This document shows positions 40,483-48,868 of a DNA stretch of 64,000 nt, one piece after another. Every line of letters starts with the position of its first letter. Within the stretch, counting starts at the first letter, position 1. The notes below the pieces were generated by a model, which had not been told where the DNA came from, searched no databases, and worked only from the letters and a program-made list of their open reading frames with translations. Source of the stretch: Desulfatiglandales bacterium (GTDB lineage: Bacteria > Desulfobacterota > DSM-4660 > Desulfatiglandales > Desulfatiglandaceae); assembly GCA_963666345.1 (NCBI GenBank), contig OY762721.1:1312001-1376000 (forward strand), read 5' to 3'. A program made the position numbers and the translations under genes.

Positions 40483-41400
40483 TTATTCACTTTGAAGGTC
40501 GATACCCCAATCCGGTAACCGTGACTCCACGTAGTTTCGAAGAAGAGTGTATCGAAATCCCAGCTTAGAGTTCCGAGCTTCTTTATGTTTAATAGATTCA
40601 TGAATGATAAAGTTGTAAGCAATGCGAACATGTTCGACGTGCTTCTGGAACGTGGATCTGATATCAGACCCCAGCCAATCAAGAAACGTGCACCCGTCAT
40701 CATCTACCGCAAGAAGTCCCAGTGCTCTCGTAGCGAGGTCAGCGTGTGCCTGCTCCTCTGCTGCGGTTATCCCTTCCAGGCCCGAGATGGACTGAAGATA
40801 GCGCACAAGCTCCTCACCGACAACTACTCTAGGGTACTGAGCCACCTTGCTTTCCAGCCTGTAAGCTCTAGCGAGGGCTGGACCATACACTTCGCCCTCT
40901 TCGATGTCCATTGCTAGACCGAGTTCGATTCCGCCCCGAATTGTCCAAGAATGCACCAGGCATGAGAGAAACGTCATGGCTGTTGCAGCCAAAACCCCAT
41001 AAATAGCGTGACATTGGAATTTACCTACGTCGTTACGCAGCGGAATATGGACTATCAGTGAATCAGAAAAATGCCGATAGAAGACGGGGGTACTCCTAAA
41101 CTGTTTCAGAAGTTCCTTTTCCAAAGGCGAAAACGCGCTCTCGTCTGAACCCCCTTCAAGGAATGGCTTGATACTGGCACTAAAGAAGCTTTGCAGGCCA
41201 TAAAGTGGTCTGTAAAGTTCGGCCACTTTCTGCTTAAAGGCGGCCACCTCTTCTTGGTTCTCGACATTAGGCAATACCGTCATTTTGCTGAGCACATCCT
41301 GCTGTCCAAGTAGGTCCAGAAATGCCACTACATACCATGCCATATGTTTCGGTTTCTGGTTCTTCGGGTCTTCTGTTCTATTCGCATCCTGATTCATCAT
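40483..41400 (-). CDS. Cassette class III nucleotidyl-cyclase-like protein
   Basis: VAFLDLLG, FSDS, IRGG, YGPALARAY.LES..A.YPRV. Confidence 0.7.
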   Translation of the reverse strand: MMNQDANRTEDPKNQKPKHMAWYVVAFLDLLGQQDVLSKMTVLPNVENQEEVAAFKQKVAELYRPLYGLQSFFSASIKPFLEGGSDESAFSPLEKELLKQFRSTPVFYRHFSDSLIVHIPLRNDVGKFQCHAIYGVLAATAMTFLSCLVHSWTIRGGIELGLAMDIEEGEVYGPALARAYRLESKVAQYPRVVVGEELVRYLQSISGLEGITAAEEQAHADLATRALGLLAVDDDGCTFLDWLGSDIRSTFQKHVEHVRIAYNFIIHESIKHKEARNSKLGFRYTLLRNYVESRLPDWGIDLQSE

Positions 41401-41436
41401 ACATTCCTGACTTCTGGCCTACTTTCTATTTCATAA

Positions 41437-41587
41437 CGGCCCCGCGGATCAGCGGCGGGCGAACGCGCGAGCTTGCTCGCGTGGATGACCGACCGCTGCA
41501 TCCGCTTGATGGCCGGCGCGCAGCGCCGGACAGCATGCGGATGATAATACGCGGGGCCGATGGCACGGCGCGTAGCGTCCGTGCCAT
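41437..41587 (-). repeat. 151-bp gene-less cassette, copy 2
   Basis: As the other copies; loop variant G. Confidence 0.95.
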
Positions 41588-41668
41588 CGTTAAAATAACT
41601 GGCAAATTAAAGCGGTGCGGCGATAGGAGCGCCGCTTTAATTTGTCCAAGTTGATTTTCTTGTTATGT
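41588..41668 (-). other. attC site
   Basis: AACTGGCAAATTAAAGCGG...CCGCTTTAATTTG[T]CCAAGTT..GTTATGT; matches the cassette start GTTATGT. Confidence 0.85.
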
Positions 41669-41740
41669 GTTGATTGCATCATCCCTGCCAGACTTTATCA
41701 TCAAAAAGCACAATAGCTGCTTACGGCCAAAATCGGACAT

Positions 41741-44700
41741 TCAGAATCTATCCTCCATAAAATCGGATTTTTTCTCAGCTTCCATCATTTTCCGATTACC
41801 TTGCACATGCCTTTCAATATAAAGCTTATGTTGAAGAAGGTCTGCGGTGTTGCACAAGGGCAAAAGCGATTCCCAATATTCAACCCGCGCTTGATACATT
41901 GGCACCGCACTTCCTGAGCCACCCCAAGTATCAGGCTCCAATGCCAACCTCTCAAAATCTTCATAACTTTTATTGTTTTCAAGAAACAACTCTATGAAGC
42001 GCTTCCGCCTTTCCGGAGCAAAATGCGATATTGGCTTAAATATTAAAGCCATTAAGTAGGAGTCTTGTGCTTGCTCCTGAATTATTGCCACCAGAAATTC
42101 ATCCTGCTTTGCTACAGCTTCCGGCGGGCATTTTTTGTTGCCATGAACACAGAAGAGCCGTTCCATATAGCTTCCTAATATATATCCCCGCCCTTTTTCA
42201 TGTTGCAGTAAGCGCTCTATTGCACGCGACATAATGGTATCACAGTCATTGTGATGCCACAGAAACGCATAATCACGTGTGTCTGCATAACTGCGCGCCC
42301 ATTCATCACCATCATATACCCGATCTGTATACTCCAGTATAAAATCAGGATTTACGGACAGTATGCGGCCAAGCGTCGCGCCGTTATAATCAGCATTTCT
42401 ATCCACCTTTATGTGAACCATGTATGCTCTTTCCAAAGAGTCTTGATGACCGTCGAAAAGATCAAAAATTTGTTTATTAGCCTCCGAAAGCGGATTGAAG
42501 AGAGAGTCCAATCCGTGGCCAAAAAAATCATCTGTCTCTGCTTTTTCTACAATTATGTTTGTAACATTCACGACAACACCACTGTCTTGCGCTGTATAAT
42601 TTAGCAGATAATCGTAATCGTATGGCAGTTCGCTGCGTTCAGCATTCCGGTAGAGTTCATACAAATTTTCTATGGTTTCAGAGTTAATATCCTCGGGTGA
42701 TAGGCATAGATAGTAACCAAAAAGCCATTGCCGTTTGGCCGGATATTCAGGCTCTTCAACAATCTTAAGCGTTTGTTTAGCGCCGCACGTTTTCAGCAAC
42801 TTATCGACGATTATAGCAGGTTGCTGTATTGCCAGAGGGTTTCCCAATTTCAAATATTCCTGGATTACCTGTACATAAAGAGGGCCGTCTCTTTCTGCAA
42901 GAGCCAGTAGGGCCTGCAGGATTCCTGTCTTAACTTCGTGCGTTTCGTGACTGCCGCTTATATAGGACATTATTTCTATAAACTGCTGAATAAGCCGTAG
43001 ATAGTCATCAAGACCAAATTTGCTTGTATAGTCCTTTATTTTTTGTTTTTTGAATTTTTCAAATTCACGAAAGCCCATATCTCCTGCATCGGAGTAATCA
43101 AAAGACAGCAATTTGTATATTTCATAAATTCCATTACGGAAGTTTTCGGAAAGCTTGTCCATATCAGGAATATCGCGGAGGTCGAGCATGGCAAGATAAT
43201 CCTGTACAATAAGGCAATGTGAAAAATTATCCGGGTCGAGCGTGTCTCTAATAAACGGAATTACAACCTCTGCATCTTTGACTGCGATCTCTTTTTGTGA
43301 CAGGTAATAGCCCGAATTGCTGTAGCTTTTCAAAACGCCCAAAGCTTCTTTTTGAAAAGAGAAGTTTTGATACAGATGAAAAATACCGTTCCAAATAGCC
43401 CTCCGTAGCTCGAAAATCGGTTCAATTGCTATGAGGTTAAACTGATGTATGGTTATAGAGTTTTTTGACGCCTCGTGGCTTTCAAACCGTGTGGGCATAT
43501 ATTTTTTTGCAACAGCAAGAAACAGCTTCGAAAACAATTCATTCCTGCCCTGATCAGCTTTTTGCCAGAGAGTTTCAATCACAATCCTTTGAATGATATA
43601 TTCCCGAAGATGAGAATGGTGCGTAAATCCAAATCTTTTTGTTAGGAGATTAAGAAATTGGGGAACAGCTTGCGGTATTTTCTCCACATAATTAAAGGCC
43701 AATTCAAGCGCAGAACGGAAAGTGCCCTTTTCATCTGCCTGTTTAAAGAGACCCAAAAGGTCTAGAAGAGGGTGCAAATCTGTATCAGGGTTTTCCGCCG
43801 CCCAGTCTATGGAAGCGAGTTCAACTGGTTTTGCCTCTACTGCTTCAATGCAGTCACGGATATAAACAAGAGCATCCGATTGAAGCAAAAACCAGAATAG
43901 CCGGATGAGCGAATGCAGATTGTTTGTATCCCCGCTATTCATTAAATCGCGCCTTTTCTTTTGTATATGAGGACGCATCTGCGCTGTGAGCCTTGCGAAG
44001 TCAAACGCGTTCAAACAGGGATAAATGGCATCTCTAAAACGGTTAGTTTGCCCAGGAAAGAAATTGTCTATGAGGGTAGTAAAGTCGAGAATCTCATCTT
44101 TGAAAAAGCAAAGATAAAATAAATAAGTGACAAAAACTTGATCACTGATTTTTACAACTTCACGTTCATAAATATTAACAACCTCACAGTCGTGAAGATG
44201 TTGGACCGCTTTCCAGAAATCTTCAGGAGCAATTCCAAAAATATTTTGTATGAGTTGCATCAATTCTGTGTTGGAGCGATCTATAGTCCTGAAAAAAGAA
44301 ATGATTCCTGCAACCTTCAAAACATTCTCATCCTGCAGGTTTCTAAGGTCATTAGATATGGAGGCAAAATATTCATCATATAGGACAGAGACATCCCTGA
44401 TGCTGTCAAAACTACCGTGTTTGACCGCTACTTTTGCTGCCATGATTGCAAGCCGTGGGTTGCCCCCGGAAATCTCAGCAATTCTGTCCAGAAATAATGG
44501 GTTTGTTATGTTGTATTGCTCCTTAACCAAATCCTTTATTTCTTGCGCCTGCATCGGTTTCAACTCTATTTCAGGGGTTGCTCCCAAGGGTTTTGCGGCC
44601 TGGTTTATTTTGTCACGTGCGTAATCGCGCACGGTTGCGATCACTTTTATCTGCTGATCTTGTCTTTGGTTTTGGATAAGATCGACAACATAATCAAACC

Positions 44701-45511
44701 GTGTGATACGGTTTGCATCATCCACTAAAATCAGAAATTGGCCGGGCTGTGAAAAATGAGTGCGTATATCTTCGAACAGGTCGGGTCCCCTGTTATATAT
44801 GCACCGCGTTTCAAAATCCGGATGTGCTTCCTCAAAATCTTGAAGAGCCTGCAGGCCAAGGCGGGATTTACCAACACCAGCTTGGCCTGATAAAACCACA
44901 AGGTTATTGTTTACCAGTCCTTCCAAAACTTGTTGTATTTCCTGCTCCCGGAAATGAAAATCTGTATCCAATGGTGTGGTAAGCTGATTTCTTCCTACAT
45001 TCGCTACAAAATCGCCCGGCTCCAAAATTTGCCCTGTATCAATGCTAATGCCCAGAAAAGCCTGCGCTAGGCCCGGATACTTTTGATAGAGGTCAAAGGA
45101 GATACTGCCTATTCCAAAAACCTGAATATTTACCCCTTTTTGCTTGCCTTCATCGTAAAGCTCTTTCTCTTCTTCAGGTGAAAGAAGAGATGTATGGCAG
45201 AAAACAATTTCCTCAATCTCAGTTAATAGAATGCCAGTTTTAGTCTCATCAAGGCATTTACTCAGATCGCCTTTTAATTTAGACGCAATATTCGTTTGGT
45301 CTGTGGTAAATTCTGCAAAAATAAGTTTGCCATTTTTCTGTCGTATATAAGTATCTGGTGTCCCTTTTCGTACTTTATTTGCACCGATCACAGAACCGAT
45401 AGGGTTGATATTGTTATAGCCTTTTTTGTGTATATAACTGTCTGCCAGTTTTTGGAACTCTCCGCATCCAATTTCTTTTAGGGCCTTTTCTATCTGGTTA
45501 ATCTTAGACAT
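41741..45511 (-). CDS. Cassette REase-like + STAND-type P-loop NTPase with long helical C-terminus
   Basis: EFQ..A, GTPD..AEFT N-terminus; GQAGVGKSR Walker A; LILVDD Walker B; TVR; GGNPRLA. Confidence 0.8.
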   Translation of the reverse strand: MSKINQIEKALKEIGCGEFQKLADSYIHKKGYNNINPIGSVIGANKVRKGTPDTYIRQKNGKLIFAEFTTDQTNIASKLKGDLSKCLDETKTGILLTEIEEIVFCHTSLLSPEEEKELYDEGKQKGVNIQVFGIGSISFDLYQKYPGLAQAFLGISIDTGQILEPGDFVANVGRNQLTTPLDTDFHFREQEIQQVLEGLVNNNLVVLSGQAGVGKSRLGLQALQDFEEAHPDFETRCIYNRGPDLFEDIRTHFSQPGQFLILVDDANRITRFDYVVDLIQNQRQDQQIKVIATVRDYARDKINQAAKPLGATPEIELKPMQAQEIKDLVKEQYNITNPLFLDRIAEISGGNPRLAIMAAKVAVKHGSFDSIRDVSVLYDEYFASISNDLRNLQDENVLKVAGIISFFRTIDRSNTELMQLIQNIFGIAPEDFWKAVQHLHDCEVVNIYEREVVKISDQVFVTYLFYLCFFKDEILDFTTLIDNFFPGQTNRFRDAIYPCLNAFDFARLTAQMRPHIQKKRRDLMNSGDTNNLHSLIRLFWFLLQSDALVYIRDCIEAVEAKPVELASIDWAAENPDTDLHPLLDLLGLFKQADEKGTFRSALELAFNYVEKIPQAVPQFLNLLTKRFGFTHHSHLREYIIQRIVIETLWQKADQGRNELFSKLFLAVAKKYMPTRFESHEASKNSITIHQFNLIAIEPIFELRRAIWNGIFHLYQNFSFQKEALGVLKSYSNSGYYLSQKEIAVKDAEVVIPFIRDTLDPDNFSHCLIVQDYLAMLDLRDIPDMDKLSENFRNGIYEIYKLLSFDYSDAGDMGFREFEKFKKQKIKDYTSKFGLDDYLRLIQQFIEIMSYISGSHETHEVKTGILQALLALAERDGPLYVQVIQEYLKLGNPLAIQQPAIIVDKLLKTCGAKQTLKIVEEPEYPAKRQWLFGYYLCLSPEDINSETIENLYELYRNAERSELPYDYDYLLNYTAQDSGVVVNVTNIIVEKAETDDFFGHGLDSLFNPLSEANKQIFDLFDGHQDSLERAYMVHIKVDRNADYNGATLGRILSVNPDFILEYTDRVYDGDEWARSYADTRDYAFLWHHNDCDTIMSRAIERLLQHEKGRGYILGSYMERLFCVHGNKKCPPEAVAKQDEFLVAIIQEQAQDSYLMALIFKPISHFAPERRKRFIELFLENNKSYEDFERLALEPDTWGGSGSAVPMYQARVEYWESLLPLCNTADLLQHKLYIERHVQGNRKMMEAEKKSDFMEDRF

Positions 45512-45567
45512 CAGAAGTTTATCCTTTCAAACGTCCGCTATGGGTCGAAAAAGGACATTCCCAAGAC

Positions 45568-45625
45568 ACATAACGATTGAACTGTGCGGCGCGTTTTTTG
45601 CGTCCGCACCAGTGACAGGTTAGCC
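45568..45625 (-). other. attC site
   Basis: ACATAAC..ACTGTGCGGCGC..GCG[T]CCGCAC[C]AGT..GTTAGCC. Confidence 0.85.
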
Positions 45626-45631
45626 AAATTT

Positions 45632-46522
45632 TTAATCAACTCCCCATATTCTTTTACGTGAGTTGATATAATTTAATAACCGGAAATATCTTGAGGATAG
45701 TTTATCATTTTCAGCCTTTACGTATTTTTGATGCTGAGAGACCACAAAATCATATGCAAGATTTACTACTTCTGTATCAATGGAATTATCTGCCGTTTCC
45801 TTGGATTTTTCCCCCATAAAATCGAGCATGAAACGTCCATCTGTGTCTCTAATAATCATTTCTCTACAAAATTTGGCCATATCTTTTGCCACCAAACCAA
45901 GTCGAGTTTTACACTGTTGATTTTCAACCCATAACAAATAATTTATGAGTTCTTTTCCGACAACAAAACGAGGATACTCAGCTAAATTGCTTTCGATAAA
46001 ATATGCACGTTCAAGCGCTGGCCCATATATTTCCTGTCCTTCGATTTTTGTTCCAATCCCTACATCTAATCCAGCCCGCAAAGCAATAGTGGCAGCTAGG
46101 CTGATAAAACCAATACCACAAGTTGCTACAAGTGCAGAATAAACGCCATTAATGGCAGTACAATTCTCATCGTCACTCATTAGTGGTACAGCGACTATTA
46201 TTGAGTCAGAAAAACTATAAAAATAAACCTCAGATTTTTGTGAAGCTATAAACTCTTCACGATGTTCAGGTGGCACAAGATCGGTATTTGGAATATGCGA
46301 ACTGGAGGCTTTAAAGAAATCACTAAAAGCATTTCTAAGTCTATCAACTTTACCTACTGTTTGGCGTATTTTATCTAAAAAGACCTCTTTTTCCTCCTCA
46401 TTTGTAGGCAAATCTCTAATCTCACGCAATATGCTTCTTTGCCCAAGAATATCGAGAAAAACAATAAGATAGTGTTGAAATACCAAGTCACTTTTATTTT
46501 TTTGATTAATTTTAATATTCAT
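45632..46522 (-). CDS. Cassette nucleotidyl-cyclase-like protein (homologue of 40483-41400)
   Basis: VFLDILG, FSDS, LRAG, YGPALERAY.IES..A.YPRF. Confidence 0.7.
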   Translation of the reverse strand: MNIKINQKNKSDLVFQHYLIVFLDILGQRSILREIRDLPTNEEEKEVFLDKIRQTVGKVDRLRNAFSDFFKASSSHIPNTDLVPPEHREEFIASQKSEVYFYSFSDSIIVAVPLMSDDENCTAINGVYSALVATCGIGFISLAATIALRAGLDVGIGTKIEGQEIYGPALERAYFIESNLAEYPRFVVGKELINYLLWVENQQCKTRLGLVAKDMAKFCREMIIRDTDGRFMLDFMGEKSKETADNSIDTEVVNLAYDFVVSQHQKYVKAENDKLSSRYFRLLNYINSRKRIWGVD

Positions 46523-46537
46523 ATTTTTATTTGCTAA

Positions 46538-46688
46538 CGGCCCCGCGGATCAGCGGCGGGCGAACGCGCGAGCTTGCTCGCGTGGATGACCGACCGCTGC
46601 ATCCGCTTGATGGCCGGCGCGCAGCGCCGGACAGCATGCGGATGATAATACGCGGGGCCGATGGCACGGCGCATAGCGTCCGTGCCAT
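46538..46688 (-). repeat. 151-bp gene-less cassette, copy 1 (first position, at attI)
   Basis: As the other copies; loop variant A; no attC upstream. Confidence 0.95.
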
Positions 46689-46778
46689 CTAGTGAGTAGT
46701 GAGAATTATTTCCCGTTTAACAGTAAACGCGACTTTTTTCTCGTTTATTCAATATCCCGGAAGTAATTCTCGTTTATT
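46689..46778 (-). other. Putative attI region
   Basis: Crossover G at 46689 between the first cassette and intI; direct repeats TTCTCGTTTATT x2 and IR GAGAATTATTTCCCG / CCGGAAGTAATTCTC. Confidence 0.6.
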
Positions 46779-46810
46779 GAGTCCTCTTGCACCTCTGTGG
46801 AACAAGCCTT

Positions 46811-46927
46811 TGCACAAAAACCTGTGCATGATTGCCCTAAAAATTGTGCAAATTCGCCGATCATATTTGCTGTCACCTTCTTAAAGTGCTGAATTTTATG
46901 GACATTCTTATCTGGCATGTTTCATGC
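46811..46927 (+). promoter_or_regulatory. Candidate sigma54 promoter plus enhancer sites upstream of intI
   Basis: TGGCAT-N5-ATGC 46913-46927; TGCACA-N6-TGTGCA 46811-46828 and TGCCCT-N6-TGTGCA 46833-46850. Confidence 0.5.
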
Positions 46928-47011
46928 GTTCTTTTTCTGCATGCGCATGCTGCTAAGAGGTTAATATTACATAATATCACGCCATAAAGCTCGTATATTG
47001 GATTTATTGAA

Positions 47012-47980
47012 ATGAATACCACCTCTAAACCCAAAAAGCTGCTCGACCAGGTCAGGGACGTGCTTCGAGTAAAGCACTACGCATACAGGACCGAGAAAAC
47101 CTACATATTCTGGATTCGCAGATTCATCCTTTTTCATGAAAAGAAACACCCTTCGGAAATGGGCTCAAAGCAAATCCAGGATTTTTTGACACACTTGGCA
47201 GTGGAACGTAACGTCTCCGCCTCCACCCAGAACCAAGCTTTGAACGCTTTAATTTTTCTGTATAAAAAGGTCCTCCGCATTGATTTAACGGATCCCATTG
47301 AAGCCGTCCGCGCCAGACGGCCGACCCGACTTCCGGTCGTGCTTTCCAAACCGGAGGCATTTAAGATCATCGACCTCATTTCCGGCGAGTCTCAACTCAT
47401 CGTCAAGCTCCTCTACGGAAGCGGGCTTCGCCTGATGGAATGCATGCGGCTCCGTGTAAAGGATATCGACTTTTCAATGAACCAGATCCTTGTTCGTCAC
47501 GGTAAGGGCGGAAAGGACCGTGTGACAGTGCTCCCGGCGAATGTCACAGACTCTCTTCAAATGCATTTGAAAAAGGTCAGGGCCATTCATGAAGATGATT
47601 GCAGACATGGATTTGGCCATGTCAATCTTCCCGGGGCTCTCGCCAGAAAATATCCCAATGCCTCTAGTCAATGGGCGTGGCAATTTGTTTTCCCGTCCAG
47701 ATCTCTTTGCAAAGATCCACGCTCCGGAGAAATCCGGCGGCATCACCTGCACGAAAGCTGTGTAAGAAAGGCCCTTAAAAAGGCTGTAACTCTTGCCGAC
47801 ATCCATAAGCAAGTCGGATGCCACTGCTTCCGGCACAGCTTTGCAACTCATCTCCTTGCAGACGGTTACGACATCCGCACTGTGCAGGAGCTGCTCGGGC
47901 ACAAAGACGTTTCCACAACAATGATTTACACGCACGTCCTGAACAAAGGCGGCCGTGCCGTTCGGAGCCCGATCGACTGA
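47012..47980 (+). CDS. intI: Integron integrase
   Basis: [30 protein letters not shown], integron-specific insertion (LP.ALARKYP.A...W.WQFVFP), [24 protein letters not shown]. Confidence 0.97.
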   Translation: MNTTSKPKKLLDQVRDVLRVKHYAYRTEKTYIFWIRRFILFHEKKHPSEMGSKQIQDFLTHLAVERNVSASTQNQALNALIFLYKKVLRIDLTDPIEAVRARRPTRLPVVLSKPEAFKIIDLISGESQLIVKLLYGSGLRLMECMRLRVKDIDFSMNQILVRHGKGGKDRVTVLPANVTDSLQMHLKKVRAIHEDDCRHGFGHVNLPGALARKYPNASSQWAWQFVFPSRSLCKDPRSGEIRRHHLHESCVRKALKKAVTLADIHKQVGCHCFRHSFATHLLADGYDIRTVQELLGHKDVSTTMIYTHVLNKGGRAVRSPID

Positions 47981-48205
47981 GCTATTTGCTGAAGGTCTCA
48001 AAGAGCTTTCTTATTTAAAATCCACGTCATAGACAACAAAAACCCCACCTCTCTATCTGAGAAACGGGGTCTGATTGCCTCATGGGTGCCTCCGGTTATG
48101 TTTATTTAATGCAGATAAGCAAAAATAATTTAACGCTTGCCATGTTGATATTTTTATCTGTTTTTGTCAAGTTTTACACTTACTTGATGGACCATTCGGA
48201 GATGG

Positions 48206-48859
48206 TCAGAAAGGCTCTTCCGCAAGCCTCTGTGAGAGCCAGATCATGACCTTATTAAATTCATCCTTCAGCTCGTTCATGGCCCTTCCCCTGTGGCTTA
48301 CGCTGTTTTTTTCATCAGGCGTCATCTGTGCGAACGTCTTTTTCATGGAAGGGTAATAAAAAAGCGGATCATAGCCGAACCCCCCTTCCCCTTTCATCTC
48401 GTGTGCTATCACGCCTTCGCATTTTCCCTCATATATGAGCGCCGGCCCCCTTGGGACCGCAATCGCTATTACGCACATAAATGAGGCCCGCCTGTCTTCC
48501 ACCCCCTCCATCTCGGCCAGGAGCTTTCTGTTGTTTTTAAGGTCTCCTGCATTTTCACCCGCATATCTTGCAGAATACACCCCCGGTCTTCGGTCAAGAG
48601 CATCCACCATAAGGCCGGAATCATCAGCCAGGGCGGGAAGGCCGAGCACCCTTGCGGTGAACCTTGCCTTTTTTACCGCGTTTTCCTCAAATGTGTCCCC
48701 GTCTTCTTCGACCTCCGGGATCGGCCCGAAATCACCGAGCCCCTTTATCTCAATGGGAAAATCCTTGAGCAGCCTTTGAAACTCCTTTGCCTTTCCCATG
48801 TTTCCGGTTGCTATCACAAGCTGTCTTTTAACACCGCTTTTCACTATTGCCCCGTCCAT
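48206..48859 (-). CDS. rdgB: XTP/dITP diphosphatase
   Basis: AT.N.GK, ADDSGL, PGVYSAR, GFGYDP, SHR. Confidence 0.95.
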   Translation of the reverse strand: MDGAIVKSGVKRQLVIATGNMGKAKEFQRLLKDFPIEIKGLGDFGPIPEVEEDGDTFEENAVKKARFTARVLGLPALADDSGLMVDALDRRPGVYSARYAGENAGDLKNNRKLLAEMEGVEDRRASFMCVIAIAVPRGPALIYEGKCEGVIAHEMKGEGGFGYDPLFYYPSMKKTFAQMTPDEKNSVSHRGRAMNELKDEFNKVMIWLSQRLAEEPF

Positions 48860-48868
48860 ATCCGATCC

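Noticed and set aside
39365..46688. Repeats read as a CRISPR array
   Set aside because: Units are 151 bp and separated by whole genes of 0.7-5 kb; no cas genes; junctions are integron cores.
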